64,000 bases of DNA from the NCBI GenBank assembly GCA_965153285.1, contig OZ229119.1; one strand, given 5' to 3'. The stretch comes from Podarcis tiliguerta (lineage: Eukaryota). Below, one piece after another: positions 52,901 to 64,000 of this stretch. Below the pieces are notes generated by a model. It was given only the letters and a program-made list of their open reading frames with translations, had not been told where the DNA came from and ran no database searches. Position 1 is the first letter of the stretch, and the number at the start of each line of letters is the position of its first letter. The position numbers and the translations under genes were made by a program.

Positions 52901-55572
52901 CAGTAAATGGTGCACAGCCTAAGGTGGAATCTGCATACATATAAAAGATGTTCTGAAATTGCTTTTTTAAAAGTGTTTTTAAAATACATTGAATTTTCCA
53001 TAAGGCTCACCATTGCCATCTAGTGTCACATTATATATTGCACTTAAAACACCCTTAAAATGTTTTATTTTCAGCAGTATAGCTGAGTCTTTAGTTACTT
53101 ACAGAATGAGTGGCCAACATGCAACATCAATGTCATATGGGTTGCCAAAGTGGTGAAAAGAATGTGGTGGCACAGCTGGGCAGGAACAAGAGGGTTTGTG
53201 GGCCTGGCTAGGGCAATAAAAAACCTCCCCTCCCCTCTCCCCTTCTTCTCTAGAACTGCAGTGGGAGCAGACGGCACTCCTCCCTCGCCTGAGGGTGCAC
53301 AGAAACCAAGGCCAGCCCCATTGCTTGGCTAGGAATCCCACAAGTGTCTCTCCCCCCCCCCCTTACAAATGCAATATTAATGCATTAACTAACTAACCAT
53401 TTGCTGCCCTTTCATGGCACCTCACTCTGCCTAAGGCAGGGTGCTCACCTACGCTGTGAAATAACTCACCCCTTCCTTCCCACATTCCACAGTCTGATCC
53501 CTCACTGACTTACACTCAGACACAGGTGCATTTGCAACTCTAGTAAGAAAAGACACCCTTTTGAAGCAGCCCTCAGGGTTCATTACAGCTGACAACTTTT
53601 GCCCACAGAATAGGGTCAGACCCCTCAATACGTGCTGAGATATGGAAGCTAACACAAAATCAAAGGCTGTTGTGCAAGGAGCGTATTAAGCAAAACCCCT
53701 GGAAGGTTATTCAACATACGGATGTTCAAAGGAGACCTAGAATATATGGCAAAATCACCCCCAAGCAAATGCTCCTCTGAGAAACAATATACATATCAAA
53801 TTCACATCATGTAAAATCTCTGGGGAAACAAAAAGAGCTTGTTCTGGTGGAAGGGGCGGGTCTCAAACAACACCTGATATAATTAGTTCCACTGAGAATA
53901 CAGTTTGTGAAATAAAGGGTGATCAGGTAAACCAGCAGCTAATAGGAATGGTGAAAAATAAGACTCCTGTCTCCTCCCAGCTCCCTCACCCACCTGGGAA
54001 TCCTGAGCCCATTTGAGCAGAACCGCAAGCTAAGAAATCAGGTTACATTTCACTTCCAATCCTCCGGAGGATGATTATAAAAGAGGCAATTTGCCTTGTT
54101 AACTCTCCCACCTACAATCAGAGCTTAGTGGTACTGGGAAGCACTGAAGAAAATAATCTTTCAAGGGCTTGATCCACTCATGGTTAATGGGGTGAGAGGC
54201 TTTCTGGAGCTTGGCATGCAGCCACACATATCTTGATTAATTTAATGACAGTTTAGGTTTAGCAGTGTCTTTGGGTGACCGGATGCCAACAAAGAACCAA
54301 GAAGAAACAGGTCTAGTTTTTCCTCTGCTTCAGGTGAGAAGGCTCACCTGGCAAAATTTCTTCCTGTCCATAACTTACGCAAAAAGTTTGCCTTTAAAAA
54401 ACGAATTTTGGGTCCCAGCCAGTTCGAGTCCTACTCAGAGCAGACGGATTGAAATGAATGTTTGTGGCTAATGAAGGTTTATTCCTATTAATGGATGCAT
54501 AACTGAGTTGGGTACAGCATATTTTGTTAAGATATTTTGTGCTCTCTTCACTTCCCAGAGTAGCAAGACATTTTATAGAGGGACACATGAGTGTTTGTTT
54601 GGATGAGAGAGCACTGGAGACTTGGGATATCCTTGCAATACTTTATTGACAAATATATGAGTGGAGCATCGAAGAAGCAAAGAACCGCTCCTGTGGCCGG
54701 CAGCCCAATTGCGAGTCCTGCTTAGGATTTGAAGAAAGGTTCTTCACCTCCTTTCCAGACTAGACTGCAAAAAGTCTCCACCCAATATATAGGGTATTAT
54801 GATGGGTATTATATTCCAAGGCTGGAAAAGGATTCCCAGTTTTCACATAACATATTATTAACAGTCTTCTGCCAAACTATTGACACACCCTGCACCCAAG
54901 TCAGGCATTACTGTAATGTAGGAAAAGCCACAGAGTTTGGACCATTCACAGGGCTACAAAGAGAACATCGATTCCTCCTTCTTCCCCATTTTCTGCTTCC
55001 CAGCACTCATACCACGTCTATGATCCACATATGTTTATCCATACAGAAAAATGTAAAACAGAGGGGTGAAGAGGGAGAAAGAGAGAGAAATAAATAAATA
55101 ACTTAATGGGGATGATTAAGATTGGACATTGCCAATTATTCTTCCTCTTATGGCAAAAACTAAACTGAGACAGGAAGTCCTAACTTGCTGGCAATATTCC
55201 AGCCCACAGAGATCAACCAGAGGGTCTCTGATACTACACTCTAAGCATTTGGCACAACAGACGGAGTTTATTTGTAATGTAATTTATCCTGGAGGCTTCC
55301 AAGCTCCTGCTCCCAATTTTAGAAACATTAGTTTTTTCAATGGTTTACATTTTCCCACCACTTATGTGAGAACTGAAATTTTCCCCTCAGAAAAATGTGT
55401 CCCTGTGTCAGAGGGCTTTGCCCTAAAAATATCAGTAGGAAGACAAGCTAAATATAGTACAGAATCAAAACTTCAAATTCTTGAAAAGTACCCAATATAA
55501 GCAGCCGTCTAGGGAACTAATGCAAGGAAATGTCTATGCAGTCTCAGAGAGATTTTATATATGTACATTTTC

Positions 55573-56035
55573 TGTTATAGTAGTCCTATATTCTGTTTAT
55601 GTAGAGTTCAAAGGTAGGATATGAGACATTCCGGCCTCAAATAATCTGCAATACCCTGACTTCCAAAAGTGGGGTACCACAGTGTTTGAAATATACTCAG
55701 AGTTGCAAAGTGATTTCATGCTCTTTATTCAGCTCATAGTGGTGAGGAGGAATGAATGAAAGTCCCCTCAAATATACATTATTTACACAATAGGCTGCAC
55801 ATGATTGGCTAATTCCGGAATTCTACTGTAAGCCAATCAGGTTGTGGATTCACTTGTATCAGAAGCATGATTGGGTGGTTCCTGCCAACCAATCATACTG
55901 CTGCATTGTTCTAGGACCAATCAGACTGCTGCATTCTGAATCCTAGGACCAATCAGACTGCTGCAGATTGGATCCTATTGTTATAGGACCAATCAGACTG
56001 CTGCAGTTTGGATCCTATTCAACTCAGTACATAAC
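55573..56035 (-). mobile_element. LTR, probably solo, with tandem CCAAT repeats
   Basis: tgttat...ataaca inverted termini; three copies of taggaccaatcagactgctgca; minus-strand AATAAA near 55725; no TSD found. Confidence 0.7.
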
Positions 56036-56333
56036 AGGGTTCCATCCTAGGCCCATTGTTCTTCAACATCTTCATAAAGACTTGGACAAAGGAACTGAGG
56101 GGATGCTCATCAAATTTGCTGATGACACCAAATTGGGAGAGGTAGCCAATGCCGCAGAAGATAGAATTGGGACTCAAAATAACCTTCACAGATTGGAAAA
56201 CTGGGCCCAAATTTACAAGATGAGTTTCAGGAGGAACAAGAGTGAGGTTCTGCACTTAGGCAGGAAGAATCAGATCCACAAATATAAGATGGGGGACACC
56301 TGGCTTACTAGCAGAACATGTGAAAAGAGTCTG
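56034..56333 (+). mobile_element. CR1 RT fragment
   Basis: QGSILGP (frameshifted) then DLDKGTEGMLIKFADDTKLG...VLHLGRKN. Confidence 0.85.
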
Positions 56334-57189
56334 GGGGGGGGGGGTCATTCTATATCGAGTGATCCAAGTTTTAATGTTTTTTTCCCCCTCATGTCATCCA
56401 ATTTTCTTAAAATTTTGTGCACTTGTTGAATGATGAAAACTAAGATAAGAGCATGGTGTCCTGCTTCACAAAGGAGCTTGGGGCTGGTGTTGTTCAGTGG
56501 AGTCGGCCGTGAGGGCCGGGCCGGCACGCAGCAGTCTCCATTCGCCCTCCACGTCCCACCTCCCTGGCACCATGGAAACATGCTTCACCGCTGCTCACAC
56601 AGGCTGTCCTTTGTCTTCAGAAAAGACAAAACTGTCGTGGGGAGACCCCTAACTCTTTTTTTGACAACTAGCTCTATGTTCCAAATTTATATACCGCTTA
56701 ACGTTTTTGCCACAGATCTCTACACACTTTACAGAAATGATAAAACAAAAACACAAAAATAAAATAATACAAATAAACATCAGAACAGAAGAAATGTATT
56801 GTAAAAAGGCCATTATCAAAACATAATTTTCCACAGCTGTAAAAGGGAAAGTGACATTAAGTATGGTACTAAGTTTTCTCCCCACAGACAGTTCAGTGAA
56901 TTTTTATAAAAGTTGAACATCCAAATGACCAGATCCTGCATAAAATGTTGCTAAATACCAACATTGAGCATTGAGCAGCATTGGGATAATTGTCAATTTG
57001 GCTAATGGGCTGCAGGTCCCCACCCATGCTGTAGCCAATAAAAAGCACAGGAGACAAGATGAAACCTCATGGTACCCACAAGCTGATAGACACGGGGTAG
57101 AACAGCCGTTCCCCAGCATCACTTTCTGGCCCACCCTGCCAGATGAGAAAAGAACAACTGAAGATCAGTATCACCTGTTTCCATCCCAG

Positions 57190-57590
57190 CTGAAAGACAC
57201 CCTTCTGAGGACGTGCCTGAGGCATGCCCCTCTCTGAGGTCAGAAGAGGTAGTCTCCTGGGTCCTTCACCCAGGTAAAGTTGGCAAGGATGTGAAGGAGA
57301 CACCACTTTATGAAAAAAAGCAAACCTGCCTCCTTCCTTGAGGTTATTCTTTTAGCAGGTGGATGCTATTTTGTTTTCAAACATGGTTGTCTCTGGCTGC
57401 CAGGGATGCTGTGAAAACCTTGCTGTTTCTGATTTAAGCTGTTTGTTTTCTTAATGACTACATTCAGATTTTAATGTCTTATGACTGTTTCTATTTCTTT
57501 TTTATATAAAAAAGCATTTTATTTTATTTTATTTTATTATGAATTGCTTTGAGTGCCAATTTGCACAGAATGCAGCTTATAAATGTAATG
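57190..57590 (+). mobile_element. Degraded L2 3' end
   Basis: Weak resemblance to the L2 3' region with a T-rich UTR and tgaattgctttgag...tataaat tail. Confidence 0.45.
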
Positions 57591-58354
57591 CATTTAGGCT
57601 CCAATGCGAGCTTGTTTACTGCCTCCACAATCCCTGCATAAAACCTCCAGTTTCCAATTGCCATACCGTCTGGACAATGAATGCAAACAGGTCTCTGAGC
57701 CCTTGAAGATATACAGTATTGGTTTATATAATTTCCAGGGAGGAGCCCACAGTTTAGCCCTCAGATTCTCTGCCAGCAAAATCTCCTGGGCCCAGCGGTT
57801 CTAAGTAGTGTTGGAAAACTGACCACAAGAATTACACATGTAGATGAGTTTACAAGTTAAACCTCACAACAGACATCTTGTAACTTTTGCCAGGTTTCTG
57901 ACAGGAGATAGTCCTTAGTGGCCTACCAGATGCGAGTTTATGGTGTCCAAGAATTTGACCTTGGATAACTTTTTTAAAAATTGAAACAAAGCATTCTCGA
58001 AATGTAATGCAGAAAAACCAGTTTAAACGACATATGGTCAGCTGTTTTTTGAGGAGTAGGTGAGCAAACTGGAAGTGATGGATGTAGAAATAGTGTTGCT
58101 GTTGTTGAAAGAAAGAGAGAGAAGGAAGGTTTGCCTGTGCAAATGGGGAAGGCGAAAAGCCAAGAGGGTTAATTTTGTTGGAAAGACTTCATCCTGAGAA
58201 AAAGAACAGGGTGCTTTTTCTCCTCTCCTGCGGGGTAAGCCTAGCTTCCTCACACCCTTTAATACTGTAAATAACAGATGCATTTGCTTCCAATTTTCAA
58301 CTCTGACCAGAGTATTTGTGCCACCTAACATACTACAGTAACATACTACAGTAC

Positions 58355-58731
58355 GGGACGCGGGTGGCGCTGTGGGTAAAACCTCAGCGTCTAGGACTTG
58401 CCGATCGCATGGTCAGTGGTTCGAATCCCCGCGGCGGGGTGAGCTCCCGTCGTTCGGTCCCAGCTCCTGCCCACCTAGCAGTTCGAAAGCACCCTTAAGT
58501 GCAAGTAGATAAATAGGTACCGCTTTATATAGAGGGAAGGTAAACGGCGTTTCCGTGTGCTGCTCTGGTGCCGGTTCGCCAGAGCAGCTTCGTCACGCTG
58601 GCCACGTGACCCGGAAGTGTCTCCGGACAGCGCTGGCCCCCGGCCTCTTAAGTGAGATGGGCGCACAACCCTAGAGTCTGTCAAGACTGGCCCGTACGGG
58701 CAGGGGTACCTTTACCTTTACCTTTACCTTT
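58355..58731 (+). mobile_element. Sauria SINE, full-length and young
   Basis: gggacgcgggtggcgctgtgg head, intact CpGs, (acctt t)n-type tail acctttacctttaccttt, TSD aacatactacagta. Confidence 0.96.
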
Positions 58732-60251
58732 AACATACTACAGTATTAGGTACTGCTGGTTGAAAAGCACTGGATTAGACAGTGCCAACTGTACAGGTTG
58801 CATCAAGGCATATTAGGACAAAAAAGAGCAGTGGGCATTCTCTGAAAATGTAAAAGCCATCAGTCATTCATATCTGGTAGGGGTTTGCACAAGCTCAGAC
58901 TCCAATTCAACACTCTATAGAAGAACCCAACTTGGCTCAGACTCATTTGGATGCTGCCTACTTTGACATGGCGGGGGGGGGGGTGTCTGAGTAATATTTA
59001 TTCCTACCGCACCCCATTCACTACTGGGATATTTTTAAAAGCTATGTTTTTCTTTTAACATCATTGCATGCAATGTGTAGACATAGTAGCCTTTCCAGAG
59101 CGAATAAAGCATGACAGATTACAGGCAATAGGTTCAGGCATTTTGTACTGGACAACTCTAATTCCCCCCCCCCCAAAAAAAAAACCTCTTGATTTTTGGT
59201 CAAAATTGGGTTAAATTTGCAGGCAAGTTTGCTCCTTCTGAGGGCATGAATGCTGCCAATTTTCACAGTTGTCACAGTTAGTCACAGTAGTTTTCCTGCA
59301 AAAGCAGCTGTCACAGGTTTGGGGTGGCTGAAAATGACTTTTTGTGGGCAACTGGTCTGAAAACTGCAGACATGAAAGAGGTGACCATGGGTAAGAAACC
59401 CGCCAAATTGCAGACAAATAGGTCCAGGACCTTTTGTGCTGGGCACCTTTAAACTGATTTTGTGTTGGGAAGAACTTAAAGGGATTCGGTTTCTGGGTAG
59501 AAATTAGGTTCTTTGGTTATAAGCAAAATCTGTCAGTTGCAAAGGAGTTCTCTCTCCCCCCTCCTCTTTTGACCTTGGCATCTTCCTTAAGCTTACAGAG
59601 AGATGTGTTTTTCTCTTGCAAAGTTGCTCCCCCCTAAAAGAGGATACAGATAAAATTATTTCATTTGATTACCAGATTCTTCCTCTCCTCACTGTGGTGC
59701 TTGTTCCCGCTTCCCCCGTCATCACATGCTGGCATTGTGGCCCTCTGGTAAACTGAGAAACATTCATTTTTCCTTCAACAAATGCTTTCCTGTAGCACTA
59801 TTTTGATTTCTGGATTTCAGAGATGCCACAAAGAATTTCAGGGAACCCTTCTTCAACTTGTACCACCTCATAGAGATCGTGTTTCACTCCTGATAAATCC
59901 CAAATATATCCAAGACACACTACTCAGAATCCAAATTTGATATCTACCTCTGAATCTGAATGTGTGATCTGAAAAACCTTGTATGATACACACTTTTATT
60001 GGTAAGGGATAGCACCCAGGCCACAATCCTAAACAACAGCCAATGCAAGGAAATAGTTCCCCATAGCAAACTAAAAGAAGTATTTATTGCCTTAATAATC
60101 TGGATTTATATATGCATGATCCGCTAGTACTTACTTTATTTCTCCCTATAGCCATCTTTCACAAATGATGCATGAAGTTATTTGGGTACCTTTGGGTGCC
60201 TTGGGTACTGATGACTCATTGTTTTGATTCTTGCCTCATTTCAGGACAATA

Positions 60252-60617
60252 CAGTGGTGCCTCGCAAGACGAAAATAATCCGTTCCGCGAGTCTTTTCGT
60301 CTTGCGGTTTTTTCATCTTGCGAAGCAAGCCCATTGACGGATTAGCGCTATTAGCGCTATTGGCACTTTAAGGGCTAAAACGGCTTTTTAAGGCTTAAGG
60401 GATTAGCGGTTTTGCTGCTAAAATGCTTTTAGCAGCTTAGCGATTCAGAAAAAGGGGTTTTGGAGCAAAAAAACCCCGCAAAATTTTTCGTCAATTTTCG
60501 TCTTGCGAAGCAAGCCCATAGGGAAATTCGTCTTGCGAAGCGCCTCTGCAGACGGAAAACCCTTTTGTCTTGCGGGTTTTCCGTCTTGCGAGGCATTCGT
60601 CTTGCGGGGCACCACTG
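60252..60617. mobile_element. Tc1/mariner (Tigger-like) MITE
   Basis: TIR cagtggtgcctcgcaagacgaa / ttcgtcttgcggggcaccactg, TA TSD, internal gtcttgcg repeats. Confidence 0.92.
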
Positions 60618-62971
60618 TAATCAACTCCACCTTGGTTAGCCATCTTTGCATCCCCATGATATGTCTCCCATCTGCCTCTCAGCATCACAAACTTGGATAT
60701 TAAACTGTTTCTCATCAGTGTGAGTGTGAGACTTCATCTCTGGACATTTTGTTTTGTCGAACTAAGGAGCAAGACACAGAGCCCGGATGGAGGGAAAGTA
60801 ACTCTTTAAGAACTTTTAAGAAATGTGCATTTGTCTCTTGCAAATATAAAATTGAAAGGGCAAAATTGCTTCAGAAAACATAAAAAGCTGTTTTAGATGG
60901 AAGCAGGTCATTGGCCCAATGAGGCCAAAGGTTTCCAGATTATTTTTTAAAATGTTGTTTTGGAGGAAAGAAGGGCGAATTCAGATGGGTTACAGAAATG
61001 GTAGAATTTATTGTAGAGCTGGGGTGCCTTATTGGGAAGCAGCAACAATCTATCTCTCTCCCCCCTTTTCAAAAACACCATCAGGCTATCTCTGGTGGCT
61101 GGGCAGGCACCTTTCAATACACAATCTCCTCTGCCCCAGAATCCAGTTGCGTCATAACATGGGGCACAGTGGGTGAAAAAATGGGGACTATCTGTTTTTA
61201 TCCCACCGTGCCCTAAGAATGACATGAGGCCATAATGACATGAAGCTGATGAGTGGGGATCAAATACTGCTTTTAGGAAGAATCACCTGCCGCCAGTGCA
61301 GAACTGAACCCCATCATGCTGCCCATAGATTTGAGGGAAATTGCCTCACAGGCTGAATTGGACCCCCTGGAGCTCTATGACTGGCACACAGACCAGATGT
61401 TCCTCATCCCTGCCATATATCTAAATGTGTTGCATATACCACAATATTATTTGTTGTTCTTCTCAACTATGAAGCACTGGGTGGCCATAGGCATCGCTTG
61501 CCCCAGCCAGTCTCACAGTATTGTTGTGAAGCCAATGTCCCACCTCAGAAGAGCATCCAAGCCTGCATTCTCATGAGCAGTGGAATTCTTACGGAATTCC
61601 ATTCACAGTGTTGTGTTTCTCTCCAGGGTTGGAGCCAACTGCCACCAGCCCCAGTCAGCATGACCAGTGGTCAGAGATGATGGGTGCTGTAGCCCATCAA
61701 CATCTGGAGGGAACTCCATTGGTGTGTCAGGTACCTGAAACATATTTTATCCTTTAAAACAATAAACTAAAAATACAAGCAAGTGCTTACAAGTGCTTAC
61801 TTAAATAAGCATTCACGTGGTACTTTAAAAAATGGGGGTAAAGGCTGCAGGCCACCTGATGCATGGGAAGGAGAAGATTGACAACCCAATCAGCACTTGA
61901 ATCCGAGGATGAAACATGAAGGTGAAAGGCTTGCTGTGCTGCAGGAAATACCAACAACACACCAAGCTTTGTTTAAAGTATCTTTGCATGCCCCTTAAGC
62001 CCTTTGAGGAATGGTGAGATGCAGGCCTAATTCATAAGTTTATTTTGTCTTCAGCAGTCAAACAACGCTCAAGCCATTTGGCTTTCACTATTTACTTAGA
62101 AAGAGGCTTGCCCTGGTGGCAGGAGGCAGGAGCTAGTGTTCCGTCTGAGATCATTGCCATGGCACTTTAGTTTCAGCTTATTTGGGGGCAATCAGTGTTG
62201 GTGAAGAAGCAAACAGCAGAAGAAAATGGGCCTTTGCCAAGGCAGAAACACTCTTGCTGGCTCTAAAAAAATCTGGGGAAACCAGGCTAGGGAAGGTCAT
62301 AAAGCACAATGTAAACTTTATTTTAATATGCCTAGTGAAAAAATATTCAGCCGAAAACTTAATGAGCCTCTTGTACTTTCTCAAACGTAGCTATGAAAAG
62401 CCAGCCAGGTGCAGTTCCTTTGCTTTCTCAGACAGATTTTTATCGTCGTATCAGATTATTTTTCTGGCAACTAAGAGTTTTAAATGTTTTACCCCCCCCC
62501 CCAAAAAAAAACCTTTCCTGTGCCAACAATGAAACTGAGCAAAATGATTTTAGGAGGGAAAGACACAGGGAAAAAAGTAAAGTACTTTATTTAACATTTG
62601 GGTCTAATTATTCCTTTCTGTGACTTTCTCTCTCTTCGGTAAGAAAAGCTGCTTGAGACTCATAAATGCTTAAACATGGAACTGTAAAGTCTGACGAGTC
62701 TCCAGGGGCTGCAGAATCTGCTAATTTTCAAGGCAAAACACTGTAGAGCAACCACAGTTCCTGCAACACCTTTACAACATCCCGCCTGTACTTCCTGGGG
62801 CAGTTAACGTCCATTGACACAATCCATGTACTTCCACAGTGTTCATTACGTTATGGTGCTCAATGCGTAGGGCAGCAGATCACAAAGGGCTCAAATGATA
62901 TCAAAAAGGTCCCAGCAGCTCATTCTGAACCCACTAGCATCAGCTGAACGGTACTGATCTGGATTCTTACT

Positions 62972-63104
62972 GGAGCCAAGTGGCAGAGCATCAGACCCTT
63001 AATCTCAGGGTTCTGGGTTTGAGCCCCACATTGGGTGAAAAAAATCCTGCATTTCAGGGGGTTGGGCTAGATGACCCCTTTCAGGTCTACAATTATGTGA
63101 TTCT
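62972..63104 (+). mobile_element. tRNA-Lys-headed SINE with CR1 tail
   Basis: agagcatcagacccttaatctcagggttctgggtttgagccccacattggg followed by gggggttgggctagatgacc. Confidence 0.78.
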
Positions 63105-63223
63105 TTCTCCCTAACTGGAATAAATATCCCAGTCTGGTTCCTTGAGATGCCAAATTTCTCTGAATGCCATTCCACCATTTTTTTCTCCTCTGAAGAAGTC
63201 CTCATTCCTCTTTCTTAGGTTTA

Positions 63224-63560
63224 AAGGATAAAAGGTAAAGGGGCCCCTGACAGTTAAGTCCAGTCGCGAACAACTCTGGGGTTGTAGCACTCATCTTGCT
63301 TTAAAGGCTGGAGAGCCGATGTTTGTCCGCTTCCACAGACAGTTTTTCCGGGTCATGTGGCCAGCACCGTTTACCTTCCCGCCGGAGCGTTACCTATTTA
63401 TCTACTTGTACTTTGATGTGCTTTTGAACTGCTAGGTTGGCAGGAGCAGGGACCGAACAACAGGAACTCACCCTGGGGGGGGGGGGGGATTTGAACAGCC
63501 AACCTTTCGATTGGCAAGCCCAAGCAGCTCAGTGGTTTAGACCACAGGCACCAATGTCCC
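63224..63560 (-). mobile_element. Sauria SINE
   Basis: Reverse-strand Sauria SINE body (tacctatttatctacttg); 13-bp TSD tttcttaggttta. Confidence 0.92.
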
Positions 63561-64000
63561 TTTTCTTAGGTTTAGTACATATTTATTTGGAAGTAGGATC
63601 CACTGAACACAGCGGGGTTTATTTCTGGGTAAATGTGGAAAAGATTGGAATGTATTCCAATCTAGCAATAACCAATTTCTATGCTTGCTCTTCAATGATC
63701 ACAGACCACCTCTTTCTGTAGAATCTGCCTGTACCCTATAGTCATCATTAAATGTCCTTCTCTTTGAGGAATGGGGAAACAATGGGGAAACTTTGTGGAA
63801 ACTCTCTCACTGGGGAAACTTGCCTGGTGTCAGCATCATCTGCCTTTACTTGCCAATCAAAAAATTTAGCTAGGCATTTAAGACCTTGATTTAACCACAA
63901 TGCGGTTTGATTCTGGCTTGTGTTGATGTTCACCTTTTAACCGTGTAGAGTAGGATTTGTCCTTTTTTCTATTTATTGATGGCTGAACACTTTCATTATT

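Noticed and set aside
44403-56333. The CR1 RT fragment at 56034 as the missing continuation of the CR1 ending at 44403
   Set aside because: It resumes at about the right point in RT, but looks more decayed, and the 11.6 kb between them is ordinary mixed-age genomic DNA rather than a single insertion
60252-60617. Regularly spaced short repeats resembling a CRISPR array, also at 55900-56010
   Set aside because: Vertebrate DNA; the repeats are internal to a MITE or LTR, with no unique spacers or cas genes
62688-62760. CUGACGA hammerhead-like core, plus other CUGAUGA hits such as 34504, 46028, 60208 and 61246
   Set aside because: No stem II followed by GAAA, and no stems I and III, could be built by eye
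62972-63040. tRNA-Lys-like sequences here and at 35510-35582
   Set aside because: Mutated stems fused directly to CR1-type tails show these are SINE heads, not tRNA genes

Overview
Eukaryotic DNA, almost certainly from a squamate and probably a lacertid lizard, judged from recognisable Sauria SINEs, BovB, CR1, L2 and squamate MITEs. No host protein-coding gene can be named. A CpG island at about 15.6-16.6 kb contains what looks like a non-coding, uORF-rich first exon of a minus-strand gene whose intron runs leftward; the rest is intronic or intergenic and dense in transposons. These include a 5'-intact CR1 (ORF1 esterase, ORF2 APE-RT), RTE-X, two BovB copies, L1 and an internally deleted L1 derivative, a Copia fossil with nested LTRs and an inversion, several solo LTRs, and hAT and Tc1/mariner MITEs. 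The main finding is a ~680-bp ORF-less RTE-derived element (47781-48460) whose apparent 5' end coincides with G1 of a complete HDV-like ribozyme fold carrying an unusual extra hairpin in L3. A possible compact three-exon mini-gene (44760-45866) with a 15-nt microexon and telomere-like repeats in its intron is also noted. All family assignments come from pattern recognition by eye, not database searches.
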